DNA of 63,028 bases, the filler included, from Reticulomyxa filosa (Eukaryota; Protista; Foraminifera): assembly GCA_000512085.1 (NCBI GenBank). It is 17 parts of 17 records of this genome, joined end to end, with 100 filler letters (N's around TTAATTAATTAA, not from the genome) between each part and the next. Parts side by side here need not be neighbours in the genome. Positions count along the whole stretch, not along the records: positions 26,704 to 28,048 come from ASPP01011193.1; positions 28,149 to 29,702 come from ASPP01023322.1; positions 29,803 to 32,198 come from ASPP01011917.1; positions 32,299 to 33,534 come from ASPP01021145.1; positions 33,635 to 41,458 come from ASPP01025145.1; 12 more parts are not named here. One strand, 5' to 3'. Below are positions 27,047-40,123 of this stretch, piece after piece. A program made the translations under genes and the position numbers. Numbering within the stretch: the stretch's first letter is position 1; every line of letters starts with the position of its first letter. The notes beneath the pieces are model-generated. The model ran no database searches, was not told the origin of the DNA, and worked only from the letters and a program-made list of their open reading frames with translations.

Positions 27047-28048
27047 CACTCGATCCCGCCCAGGTACGCTTCGATGACTTTGGCGTCCCGCTGAACCTCC
27101 GCCGGTGCCCCCGTCGCGATCTTCTCTCCATGATCAAGTACGATGACACGATCGACGAGATTCATGACGAAATCCATGTCGTGCTCGACAATCAATACGG
27201 ACATGCCGGCAACCTTGAGCGACCGGGCAGAGCTGCAAGAGACTGCTTCTCGTGGAACCGCAGACCCGCAGCGGGCTCATCGAGCAGCAGCAGAAGCGGA
27301 TCCGCGGCGAGGGCGCGCGCAATCTCGAGCACACGTTGCTGGCCCAGAGCGAGACTGCCCGCGCCGAGATGCGCCTCGTTATTCAGCCCGACCCTTGCCA
27401 GAGAGTCGCGCGCCTCGCTCAGCAGGAGCCTCTCTTCGCGCCGGTCGAGGCGGAACATCGACTTGATCATGCTTGCCGAAGCTCGATGGTAAGAGCCCAA
27501 CGCGACGTTGTGGAGCACAGACAAATCGTCATGAAGGATCACGTGCTGAAACGTGCGCGCGAGGCCGAGCCGGATCAGCTTCTGTGGAGGCAGCGTGTCC
27601 ACGCGGCTGCCCCTGAACCACACCTCTCCAGCCGTGAGCGAGAGGACCCCCGTCGCAAGATTGAAGAGCGTGCTCTTGCCCGCGCCGTTGGGCCCGATCA
27701 GCGCGACGATCTCACCCGAATTGATCGCGAAGCTTACATCGTTCACCGCGACAAGCCCGTCAAACTGCTTGCGCGCATTGCGGACATCGAGCAACAGCTC
27801 GCCGGGATTCGGCAGCAATCGCCGGGGAAATCGCTTGCCGTCGTCCGAGGGTTCGCGCCCGGCGCGCCTCGGAATGTACTTAAGTACATACGAGGTAATG
27901 CCACCACTGGTCCCCTGCAGCAGCAGGATGATCAGCAGTCCGAAAACGCTCAATTCGTAGTTGTTGGCGCCACCGATCAGCTGGGGAAGCGTCTCGCGAA
28001 GCCAGGTCCGCAGAACCTCTACGATTGCCGATCCCGCAAGCGCCCCCG
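27046..28048 (-). CDS. Bacterial LivM-type permease fused to LivG-type ABC ATPase, 5' truncated, one frameshift
   Basis: Permease tail (GALAGSAIVEVL...VFGLLIILLLQ) is continuous with GPNGAGKST, LARTFQ and LLLDEPAAG. After a frameshift near 27226 it continues SVLIVEHDMDFVM...VIEAYLGGIE*. Confidence 0.88.
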
Positions 28049-28293
28049 NNNNNNNNNNNNNNNNNNNNNNNNNNNNNNNNNNNNNNNNNNNNTTAATTAA
28101 TTAANNNNNNNNNNNNNNNNNNNNNNNNNNNNNNNNNNNNNNNNNNNNGTGAAGTCGTTTTGGTAATAAAATAAAAAAAAGCTAGACACAGCAATAATGT
28201 GTCAAACATGAAATAGTACCCTATTTACTTATTCTATTAAATTTTGCCCAAAAAAAAAAAGACTCAATGTACACTTTAAAAGAAAAGAAAAGT

Positions 28294-29652
28294 TTACAAC
28301 TCTTCGTTGAAAATGGCGGACATGTTCAAACGAACATATGGTCTTTCATAAGCCATGAGTTGGGGTTGTCCAGAAACGTAAATTTGGGCATTGCTGACAT
28401 ACATGAATTGGTTTAAGTAGTCATACACAGCGACGTGCATATCTCCCGTTTGCAATCGTGCAGCGGCTTGTTGGAACAAGTATTTAGCGTCAATGTTTCC
28501 CCATCCTTCGTTTAAGACATTTCCGAGACATGGATCACTGGATGGTTGTACGTGTTTGTCAACATAGATTACATCTTCGATATAAGGATGAGCTGTATAC
28601 GTCGGATAAGATGTACTGTTGTATGGGGTCAGTGATTCATAGCTGTATTCGACAATGTCCATTTGGTCAGAGGTACTATCTCCAACACCCACAAAAATGC
28701 TGCACGTGCGGTCCGTTGTGTTCATTCTGTTGATTGCATCTTCCTTGGTTTTGTCGAATTGCAAGATATCTCTTAATACAAATGTAAATGGCGTGCCGCG
28801 ACGACTATTCCCCATATTTTTATCAATTTGCATTTCAATAACTTACATATCGCTTATATCACAATACACAAGCGCACACACATATATAAATATATTATGT
28901 ATACAAACCTGTCTTTTCCGTCATAGCTAATCCACACCTTCTCACAAATGCCGACTTGAGCATTGCTAAAGCCAGTGATTGCACCTACCAAGCCAGCCCA
29001 GCCTATCACACAATATCAATTCACATCTCTTTTTTTTTTTTTTTTTGTAATTAAAAACAAAAGAATAATAATAATAAAAAAAGCAATGATGACTAAACTG
29101 ACAACAGAAAACGGATGTCCACCATCAGTAGGATGATACACTAACACAACAGGGAATTGTTGAAAAGGGCCATTTGTGTCCCAATCCAATGCTCTCAACT
29201 GTGGTCACAACAGCCATGTTTATTTTCAAAACAATAATAATAATAATAATAAATATACATATATATAATATATTATATATATGTATATATTTATTATTAT
29301 TATTATTATTATTATCCGACGTTTGAATGAACAAAACAAAAAAAGCAATCACACTTGAACAAGGGTATAGCCTTCAGGAGTCGCTTGGTCCCATGCACCG
29401 ACCATTGAGCAGCTGGCCTTGATTGCCTCAGGAATCATTGCCACCTTTGTTTGCAAAAAAAGTGAATCAATCAATTGAACATCACACACCACCAAACAGA
29501 CCAATCAAAACAAAGCAAAACAAAACTTGATAGATTTGTTCGTAAGGAACACCACTGCCTTCGGCAATACCTTTCATTTCCTCAATGTATCGCTCTGGGA
29601 TATGTGGACGAGCCAATGCCCAAACGTAATCCAAAATTATTGTCACTCCTTC
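28294..29652 (-). CDS. Ntn-hydrolase (peptidase C45 / acid-ceramidase-like, Dictyostelium Dcd1-like), 5' partial
   Basis: EEMKGIAEGSG, KASCSMVGAW (candidate nucleophile Cys), LRALDW, WAGLVGAITG, FVLRDILQF, RTCSIFVGVG, TGDMHVAVYD. Five exons joined by GT-AG introns. Confidence 0.8.
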
Positions 29653-29657
29653 CTATT

Positions 29658-29691
<34 letters not shown>

Positions 29692-30283
29692 CCAAAAAAA
29701 AANNNNNNNNNNNNNNNNNNNNNNNNNNNNNNNNNNNNNNNNNNNNTTAATTAATTAANNNNNNNNNNNNNNNNNNNNNNNNNNNNNNNNNNNNNNNNNN
29801 NNCCCCACTGGGTCCTCCCGAGTTCAAGCCTTTAGAATAGGGACTTGTACTACATGTAGTATCAAGATTGTTTGCTGTATTCTTTCAGCTGCAGATAAAT
29901 ATAAATTGGTTTGTAAAGCCGATAAAATGTAAAACTAAACAGATATAGTTGAAAGAAGAGAAATTTCATTAAAAGAGTATAGATATGAAAAGAGCATCGT
30001 TTGTAACAAAAAAGATAGGGAAAAAAAAATAATAGTAGTAATAATAATAATGATAATTAAAAGTAGGACAGCATTGCCCTTCTCGACACATTGACAAAAT
30101 GGATTATTACGAGACAAGCAAAAAAGCAAAAAATAAAACAAAAAGAGGAAGTCAGAATGAAGAATTCTGAAAATGTGATAATGCAGTCGATCTCAGTGTA
30201 GACAGGATTGAAGAATGAACTGAAACATTGATATTATAACAAAAAAAAAAAAAAAGTAATAAAAAATAAAAAGTATTGCGCGT

Positions 30284-31275
30284 TCACATTTGATTAGTTT
30301 TGTTCGTCATTCCAGCAGTGGTCATGAGAAGCATAGGTTTATTTAGTGTGGTGGATCTGCGCTTTCGATCGTGTTGTGTATAAAGAAGCTGTTGCTCTCG
30401 ACGAAGATGGCGCACGTGTAGACAGAAAGCGCAGAAGGTGTATTGAAGACACGAGCCAAGTCCAAAGAGTAAGCTGACAAAGACAAGGATCCAGAACGAG
30501 TGTATACCGGGCTTGGTCATGGCCACAATGGTAATGGCCGCGGAGCAACACAAAGCCAAGTTCAGTTGTAACTCCTTGACTCTGGTCCTAAGCTGAACGG
30601 GAACGTTGCCCGCTATCATTCTGGACTGCACTATTTCAAATGCAACCACGCCACTGCGCGACAATATCATGCATCCGAGTATGACAAATGAGTTTTCTCT
30701 CGTCGAGTTCAATATATCTCTGTTCAGCACTCTTTCCACAAAAAAGTTTGCTCCGCTCGGACACAAGCATAGCCAACTCAACCACAGCACAATGCTCCCA
30801 TTCACTCCCAATGTCCACTGTATTTGGTCGAACATATAACTACCCATCCAATTGCCCGTCACGCCGAATACTGCTGCACAAGCCTTTCCAATGCCTTTCA
30901 CATTAACATGTATATGTAATAATGTTAAGGTTAATGTTATTTGCTGTTTGCGATTTTTCGGTTGGAGAGAAAAAAAAAAAAAAAAAAAAAAAAGAAAATT
31001 GCTAACCCAACCAAAAAGGAGAAATGCCATTGCACTTCAAATATGCGATGGACAAGGTCCCCACGTCCAACACGGTGACATGGACTAGGGCATAGGCAAG
31101 ACAACCCCAGACGATGGATGTGCTCCCAGCACAGTAGAGGACCGCCTCGAACATGGGCGGGCCAAACAATTGTTCGTTTGTGACCAAGAGTGGGTCCCAT
31201 TGACCCGAATGGTCTGCGTCATTTTGATGGGTTGCATTGGATGTGGTCAATTCATTTCCATTGTAATGTCTACCC

Positions 31276-31309
<34 letters not shown>

Positions 31310-31336
31310 CATTATCATCATTTCGATCATCATTAT

Positions 31337-31369
<33 letters not shown>

Positions 31370-32122
31370 AATTATCTTTAGCCTTTCTTTTTTCTTTTTC
31401 CTTTTCCTTTTCTTGTTCAGATGGACGTAATGCCAAATCCATTGCGTGTTCGTGCGGATGGGAATCACTATTACCCCCTTGGTACACAAAGTTGTGATGA
31501 GTGAAGTGGTCACCACTTGTGTGGTTGGCGTTGTCGATCGAACTGGAATATTCCCGCACCATGTTCGACAGTCCCAAGCTTTGGTTCCACGCGTTTTGTT
31601 GTTGCTCTTTGATCGCCATTTCGTCGATCAGCTCGTCCGAACTATCCTCCAACTCACTTCGATCTCGATAAGGCTGCAGCAGCCACCCTTTTTTCTTTGG
31701 CTTTGATTTCGACTTGGTATTTGTCTTTGCCTTGCTTGTTGCTTTTTTATTTGTCGATACTTCGCCACTTTGTTGTTCTTGGCTATTGCTAATACTATTA
31801 TTATTGTTATAGTGATGATGTTGATCAAGCTCCACCGCTTTGATCACATTCGAATTTAGCATTGGCGATTTTTTTTCCCCTCTTTGCATTCCATTGCCAT
31901 AACGATGATCATTATTATACGTATTATTATTATTATTGTGACTATTGTTATTCCTATTGGCGTCGTTGTCGATGTGCCATTGTTCGATGATCTTGTTCTT
32001 ATTGTAAAACACTCGTATACTCCAGCAACTCAGCCCTATTGCCAACACATGCCATAAACCCATTCCAATGCATCCCCATTTCATCTTTGCACTTGTGTCA
32101 TCTACTCGGTCCAATCCAATTC
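30284..32122 (-). CDS. Ferroportin/IREG (SLC40)-like transporter, C-terminal two-thirds, with a long Asn-rich central loop
   Basis: CLAYALVHVTVLDVGTLSIAYL..GISPFWLG|IGKA, ILSRSGVVAFEIVQSRMIAGNVPVQLR and KPGIHSFWILVFVS align by eye to ferroportin TM7, TM10 and TM11-12. Intron 30895-31006. Confidence 0.72.
31277..31369 (-). repeat. Coding (AAC)n/(AAT)n trinucleotide repeats encoding poly-Asn
   Basis: Plus-strand (att)n and (gtt)n runs inside the ferroportin-like loop. Confidence 0.85.
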
Positions 32123-32408
32123 CTTTTTTTTATTTTATTTTTTTTTTTTAATTTCAGTGTCAACTTTCTCTCATCAAACTATTTTTTTTTTTTTTTTTNN
32201 NNNNNNNNNNNNNNNNNNNNNNNNNNNNNNNNNNNNNNNNNNTTAATTAATTAANNNNNNNNNNNNNNNNNNNNNNNNNNNNNNNNNNNNNNNNNNNNTT
32301 TGGTAGACCAGTCGTCAACCTTGCAACGTATACTTTTTATTTTTTTATTTTTTTTTTGGAAACACAGCACGCAAGACAACAATAAACAAAAAAAAAAAAA
32401 AAAAAAAC

Positions 32409-33229
32409 TTCGATGATAGCGCATGTGATGACTCAAGTTGTGACGATTGTTGAACACTTTGTTACATTCTCTGCACTCGTATTTCCGCACAGTCATTGGA
32501 CTGGTATTGGCATCAGCGGAGGTGGACGTAGAAGTTGAGATGGAAGTCGGGGTAGAACTGGAACTGGAACCAGAACCAGAAGAGATGAAAGCCGACGTGG
32601 GATTTGGGCAAGGTGTGGTCTCACATTTGATACTGCCCGAGCTCTCTTCACCGCTTTGTGGCAACGGCGGCTGAAACAATAAAAATTGCTTGCCAAACGA
32701 ATTGTCCATTAGCGTCATGCCTTCCATTTTTGCGCTGTCAAATCCGTCTTTTGAAGTGTCATTAGGGTCCATCTGGAATTGTCCTTTTTTTTTTTTTTTT
32801 TTGTAGATAATGTGAAAATTAACACATTATGCAAACAAGAGACAAGATGAAATGAGGAAGAACAAAAAAAAACAAAAAAAAAAACCGATCCTTCCTTCAA
32901 TTGATTGTCCATCTTTTAGAAAAGGGAAGGAAAGAGGGGAGGGAATGAATTTGAAAGAAAGTAACGAAGCAAGCAAAAAAAAAAAAGGGGGGGGGGGGGA
33001 AACCTTGAGGTGGTAGGACGATATCAGGTGGAATGGAAGGAAAGTTTCCGGCACTCGAACAGGTGTCCGTTTGGACTTTGCTCTTCTTGTCGTGGTCTTG
33101 GACGAACACAATGTGAGTGACGTCTTTTTCATTGCCACTGGACAGCTGTGGCATCCAAGGCAGCGGCACGAAGCTATTGTGCGACTGAGACAACTGCTGA
33201 CACCAAGGGCCCAATAGTGGGGCCGTCAT
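32409..33229 (-). CDS. C2H2 zinc-finger protein, 3' truncated
   Basis: YECRECNKVFNNRHNLSHHMRYH finger preceded by an S/T-rich region. Upstream exons can be joined in phase 1. Confidence 0.8.
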
Positions 33230-34854
33230 GGGACCATTTGTCTGAGTAGTGAAGACCGGTCTCTAAGAAACAGGAAGGAGGGACAAGGTAGAGAGGGGAG
33301 AGAGGGGGAGAGAGATCGACAAAAAAAAAAAAGGGGGAAGGAAGACACATCGAAAGAACACAAAAAAAAGTTTGTATACGGTGTAATATAAATTAGTTTA
33401 AAAACCATTCAAAAAAAACAAAACTGTTGTTGTGGTGTCAGGGACCGTATTTTGAGTTTCAAATTTGGGATGGAAAAAAATTAGATAGGGCAAATTTTGG
33501 CCACAGGTCGAGAAATTTTCCTTTTTTTTTTTTTNNNNNNNNNNNNNNNNNNNNNNNNNNNNNNNNNNNNNNNNNNNNTTAATTAATTAANNNNNNNNNN
33601 NNNNNNNNNNNNNNNNNNNNNNNNNNNNNNNNNNATGTTGTTTTTTCATTTAGAAACACAATAATCTCTATAAGTTGTCATTTTATGTCAACTTTCTTTT
33701 TTATCCTACTTTATATAACAAATTTTGTAAACGTCATTTGACTTGTTCCAAATGTTGTAGTGTTATTCTAGTTATTGTCTGTCCTTAATTTGATCAGTGA
33801 TGTCAATATTCACGATAATCAAATATCAAATAAAATTTCAATATCAATATCTATATCAGCAAAATCCAACCAATATGTCACCATTGCCTTTGATCAGTCC
33901 AATTTATAATGTTCACAAAATTTATTAAGAATTTCCAAAGTTGTTGCAGCGAAAGTTATTATAAATTTTTAAATATTTTCTTCAAATTTCTTAATATAAT
34001 GCTATTATCTAGTTGTTTCACTTAATTTCCTTCAGTTTATAGCTTTTTCATGTAATGTATATTTATTAGTATTAATGAGCTTTTCAAATAAATACAAATT
34101 TGTTATATGCTCAAATTATATATTACTGCAAAAAGTTTATTTAGTTTTTCATTTATGTATTATTCCAATATCAAAAATCACATATTCTATCGTTTAATTA
34201 TTATCATAATGCCGTAATATATTTTTTGATATTATGATGATTATATGCAAGTTTATACACTATGTGTTCAAGTTCTTAAAACAGCAAATATTATTTTATT
34301 AGTTTGACAGCATAGTCTGTTTTACTAGCCAAATCTATAATTGTTGCTAACCGCACAATGGACTCTGTCACTATCAATTTCGTGACTGCTGAAAAATGAA
34401 TTGCGATATTACCAGAAATATCGTCGGTTACATTGTCGATCATACGAGAAAATGTTTGTTCTGTCACAAGCAACTTCAACTTTGTCTGTGACTGGTTTGT
34501 ATCGAAATTTCCATGTGCCACGTTTGGAACTGGAACAGATGAACTTCTTATGTTCTGTACTCATATCTGTTTTGGATGTAAAATTGATGCATCTTGTGAA
34601 CGTCTAACGTTTTTTTTCTGTCTGTGCGCTTCCGTTTTCAACAAAAAAATCATGGGTCTGTTTAGTTGTACTTTCTATTTTAACGAATTCACAGCTTTGT
34701 AAATATTGTCTGTTTAAATTAGAAAATGTCATATTTGAAATATTACAATTAAAAAAGATAAAACAAATGAAATTGCTACAAATTACGCCTTTAAAAAAAC
34801 AGTTTTCTTTTGGGATCTCTATTTGCTTCTTGTAGATTTCATCCGTTCATTTCC

Positions 34855-37800
34855 ATGAGCCTGTCAAGTGAGCCAGATCATGAACATTTGATGACAGGCA
34901 ATAGTGCCTTTGACTTTCGAGATCGTCAACAGACGTTTGATTCTTCAAACATTAACTTTGGGAACTACAATGATATCCTAACTCAGCCCGTGAAGAAGTT
35001 GCTTTCTAATCACGCGGAAATCCAACCGTCCTCAGATCAAAAACCTGTGAAAAAGTCGAAACAGGAAGGCACAAAAAAATCAGGGAAAACGCCTCCACCT
35101 CAATCATCTTCACAAACAACCTCTGCCGTCCAATTGGCAGTACCAAGACCCAACGACAAAGTTTCTTTTTTTTTCCCTTTTCCCTTTATGCGTGATGTCC
35201 TAAGAATAAACGATTCAAAGAAACAACAAAAAGAACGTATACGCTTGGTTGTCTTGCAACGGAATTGATATTAGATATACAGTGCAACAGCACCATCTTC
35301 ACCTCGAAGCCAAGAAAATATCGAATTATCCTTGTATCTTTACTCTTTTGTTTTTTTGAATGTGAAAAGAAATGAGAATAAATGTTGTGCATTGCATATA
35401 GTGAAGACAATGAAGATGACAAAGTGGGAAAGTGGGTGAAAGGACGACGACACACGATTCACGATTTACAACAAAAAGGCGTTTTGTCGGAATTTCTTGT
35501 GCCAGTGATGGTATGATTGACACGCAAAAAACCTACCAATACACCGCCTTTATGTCCACCTCCCCTTGCACCACTATGTGCATCACAACATGATATCAGT
35601 TACAAATTTGTGTTTATTTGTGTGTGTTGAATATATCTCGACCCCTATCATAGAAAGGCGATGAGGAGTCAGTCACTCGTATAAGTTAATTGTGCTTTGC
35701 AAGAAAGGAAGAGAAGAAAGGGGGGAGCATGTAATGTGCCAACATTGTTGACAGCAGAAAAACATCCAATGATATACAAACAACAAAACAGCACAGACAA
35801 ATGAGAATGAATGGATGAAAGACGATTTGTTTTACATACACAGCCATCACACGACACACGCAATAAGAGAGCAGCGTGCAAAGACCTTTGTGGATAAAGA
35901 CAATCCTGCAAGCAGCGATAACGGAAGCAGCAGTGGCTGGAATGGGTCGAATGGACAAGACCTATCTGGCTATTACAATATCGCCGAAAATATTGACGGT
36001 GGCATTTTGAGTAATTGGATTTTCTTGCCTTTCAACCAATGGTGCAATGCAAACATTGAGTTCCATACAAGTCAGGCGGATCAATTGTTGAATCAAATGA
36101 AGAAAGAATCACAAAACCTAACTTCGAAGGTATCTGTTTGCTCGCTGTGCTTGCTTTTGTCCTTATTCGAAACGACAACAGCCACTGTTCTTTTTTTTTT
36201 TGGAACAACACCGACGACAGGCAAAAACAGATGATGACATTATCATCACAAATAAGTCCCAACCAAAGGTAATGGCCAATGCACAACTGTCCTACATCGA
36301 TGGACAACTATCTCTCGAGGGCGAGAAATTGAGAAACTTATTGAAAGTTCAAGGACACGTCAAGTCCATTCAAGCACAATTTGATACATTTATCGACAGC
36401 TTGCGTCAACGACAAATTGAAATACTTGAGCTGTCCAAAGAGCTGAAAGAGCGCCACCAAATATGCACTCAAACATTGCAATGTTTGTCCGATCACGAAA
36501 TATGGCTAGTCCAAAACATTGCCGACACCATTGCCGAAAGGGCCGAAAAAATCGATCGTATGAACAAACGATTGAAACAACACGCTACTGGCCATGAACA
36601 AAAAACAACTGAGACTCAAGGCAAGCCACTTGAAGATAGGGACTCGGTCGAGGCTGAATTGATGCATACAAGGGCATTTGTTGATCATTTGCATCAAGTC
36701 ATTGTGGAATTGCAGCAAATTAATGATAACAAAAGACAGGAAGTCAATGCAATAAAAAATGATATCGAGATTTTACGCGCCCAAAATGTCAAAATTGGCG
36801 AGGCGTCGTCCAACGCTGCAGTCATTGCCATGGAACGTTTGTTTGGGGTGCAATCTCATTATCAAATGCCAACTTTAGTCAAAGTAGGTTAAGGTTGTTT
36901 GCTTCTTTTTAGAAAGAAAATGTTTGGAATATGTTTTTTTTAAAAAAAAAAAGGGGGCAACCGAGGTCACACTAAGAAGTCAATCAATATTGCAATCCAT
37001 GGATACATATCTGTCCAATGCCGTTTCACGAGATGCCTATTCCAGAGCAATGGAACTTTGGCAATGCTGTGTAATATTCAGTAACAATCGCAATAAAACT
37101 TTTTTTAATGAGTACGTTTCTCTTTGCGTTCAAGCTTTTGTTGATGCTTCATTGGCCAGGGATTATATTCTTTCGAGCTCTGCTTCGAAAAAAGGTATTT
37201 GCCTTTTTTTTCTTTGGAAGAAAGGGGAAAAAAAATTGAAAATCGAAACAAAAAATCAGACTTTGGCAAAAAAGAAAACAAATGGCTTCCATTGGGAGGT
37301 CGACTAATGCACACCACTCGCACAAGTATGACGGAACATGATTTGCCAGTCATGACAAACATTTTCAAAGAATCAGAAAAAATGTTTGAACTAATTAAGC
37401 AATCTCAAAAACTTGGGTTCAAAGGATTGGACTTACTGATGAATCTATCAGAGGTATGCTGCCGAGAAATCAATCACGATGCTGACTATAAAGAAAACAA
37501 GGAAACTTACAATCCGGCAGTTCGGCCATTCATGACGTCACATTATCTCTCTGGAAAATGTGTCGTTCACGTCAACGACAATGAACCGGTCAACAAACAA
37601 ATAGAAACTCAAAAAACTCATCTTGACAATTTGCTTGACAGAGTCTTTATATTTGCAAAATATGGAGACAAAATCCATAATTTGGAAACAGTATTGTCGT
37701 GTGTTGGACAGTATGTTACTTTGCAGTTCCAGCATGGTTAAAACTGTATTTTTATACCATTTCATTGTCTTTGTAAACTCTATTCATTTGTCACTACAAT

Positions 37801-38006
37801 CAATAGATATTCATTGCCAGCAGTCAACTAAAGAATTGACTAAATTAGTAAACGAGCACTGTTCAATCTTGCTTTCGACAATGCTGTGCACTTGGAAGGA
37901 CCCAAAAGGAGTGATGCAATTGATGAATCAGAGCAATGATAACAATGTTTATCGAATTGCTGCACAGATCCTATTCAAAGTGTACTCTATTGCTGATTAT
38001 TGTTAA
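34855..38006 (+). CDS. Large multi-exon coiled-coil/helical protein of unknown function
   Basis: ORFs 34810, 35815, 36200, 36924, 37199 and 37623 can be joined by introns (e.g. 36884-36953, 37195-37259). The 5' exon structure is uncertain. Confidence 0.55.
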
Positions 38007-38359
38007 GATTTAAGGAGTCTTACTTGATTTTTTTTTCGTTGTTTGGATGTGTTTTTTGAAGAAAAACATCTTTGTTGGTATCTTGTAAAGGAAGAAATTA
38101 TGCCGATGCATAATTTTTATTTTTTTGGCAAAGATCTTGTTTGATTTCATAGAATTCGCTAAAAACTAATTTTTTGCTACTAATGATCTAACGAACAGAA
38201 ACGTTTCAACCAAACTCATTTTTTATGCAATATAAAGGCTGAATGCTGCTGGCAAATGTATATTGATTTTAAATTGGAAACAAAGCATTAAACAACCAAA
38301 CACACCAATTTCCACAAAAACGTCGTCTTCCTGAAATAAAACACCTTGTTTTTTAATTT

Positions 38360-40123
38360 TCAAAATTGCGATTTTCTATAACTGTACAAAGAGTGCACAT
38401 TTCCTTCTTTTTGTGCGGCCTGCGTTCTCACTTCAAATCTAATGTCACCTTTTTCGCGTAAGGTCTTCACTTCACTAAGTCTTTGGACTCCCAAATCTTG
38501 AAAGCCATGTTTCACTCCTTGCACAATATAAGGAACAAACTTACGAATTGGACCACGATCAACCACCGTTCCGCTCACGCCCTGAGCGACACGGATCTTT
38601 CCTCGTTCCGTGAAATAACGGTCGTCACTTCCTTTTTTCATTGCTTCTAAACTACCCATTCCTCGATATGTCTTCAATTTTATACCATCTTGATTCACAT
38701 ACTCTCCAGGAGACTCTTCGCATCCAGCCAACAGAGACCCCATCATCGCTGTCGAGGCGCCTGAGATAAAAGAGTGCTGATTTGAAAACCAAATCAGAAA
38801 GCATAACAAATTAAACAATACCTAAGACGAGAGCACGCACAACATGACCACTACTTTGAATCCCTCCATCAGCACAAACAGGAACACCAAACCGGGACGC
38901 ATATTTGGCAACATTGTACACAGCTGACGCTTGAGGACGACCACAAGCAGTGACTTCTTGAGTGGTGCAAATACTTCCACTGCCCATCCCTACACGCAAT
39001 CCATCAACTCCAGCTTCAATTAAGTGCTTTGCCTGTAACGTTGTAACGACATTGCCACCAACAACATCCAATTTTGGGTATGTCTTTTTAACGAACTTGA
39101 TCATTTCGATCTGGTAAATGGAGTCTCCTTGACTGGAATCAATTACCACAACGTCCACACCAGCTGAGAGGATATGTTTATATAGTATCCAATCTTTTCG
39201 GATATACACATATCGAAATCAAAATAAAAACTAACCTTCAACCAAAGCTCGTAATCTTTCCTTGTCAGTTTCTCTAGTGCCAATGGCTGCGCCTACCCGT
39301 AAACGTTTTCTTTCGTCTTTGGTGGACAGAGGATAATCACTATTTTTGAGTAAGTCAGTTCGACTCATTAATCCAACTAATTGTTGTTGGTCATTCACGA
39401 GTGGCAGCTTGCCTTTTTTGCTCCGGATCAAAATCTGATTGCATTCTTCAATGCTTTGTGTGTTCTTGGCAACCACCAAGTCTTTCCAAGGAGTCATGAT
39501 GTCTTTCACCAATGTTTTTCGGTTATCAATAAAGTGAATGTCACGACTACTCACAATACCGACTAATTTTCCATTCATTTGTCCGTCCTCTGTGATTGGG
39601 ACCCCGCTGAAACCAAAGCGGTTTTTTATTGCATCCACGTCTGCTACTGTCGAATCTGGTTTTAATACCATTGGATTTATTATGAATCCGTTTTCGTAGC
39701 GTTTAACCAATTTTACCTAGTTATGATTGTTGTTTATTATTTTTGTGCGATACCCCGTTTGAAAAAATTTGCTTCAACGACACATCCATGCATTTCTGTC
39801 TCACTGCATTTAACTTCATGGGCTTGTTCTTCAACTTTCATGTTGTAATGAATAATCCCCAGCCCTCCTTGTAAAGCCATCTGGATTGCCATGCTATGTT
39901 CAGTCACAGTGTCCATTGGAGATGAGATTAGTGGTGTTTTGACTGCGATGTTTCTTGAAAATTTTGAAGTCAAGGTGACTTCATCCGTTGAAAAACCTAT
40001 GTGTCCCGGAAGTAATATCAAATCATCATATGTATAACCAAATCTATCTTCAAATAAGTCCTTGGCACTCAAACCATCACGAAAATCATCGTTCGCTACC
40101 TCTTCTTTTTGTTCTTGCGTCAT
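38360..40123 (-). CDS. IMPDH: Inosine-5'-monophosphate dehydrogenase (complete, 4 exons)
   Basis: [22 protein letters not shown] pair, [17 protein letters not shown] (catalytic Cys), ADGGI, YRGMGS, VAQGVSG. Three GT-AG introns restore the frame. Confidence 0.98.

Noticed and set aside
22277-28048. Bacterial ABC operon next to the CHD gene as horizontal transfer
   Set aside because: They are separated by an artificial spacer, with no physical linkage.
13386-32122. ZIP plus ferroportin as a metal-homeostasis gene cluster
   Set aside because: They lie on different contigs, so the order is arbitrary.
34291-34521. Isolated 76-aa minus-strand ORF
   Set aside because: No recognisable motif or joinable exons, so it cannot be supported as a gene.
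38360-38371. IMPDH C-terminal SQF as a PTS1 signal
   Set aside because: It is not a canonical PTS1 and aligns with the ordinary IMPDH ending.
39717-39814. Similar sequence at the intron start (GTTAAATG) and next exon start (GTAAAATTG), suggesting intron gain by duplication or an introner
   Set aside because: Not repeated at other introns, and the introns share no sequence family.
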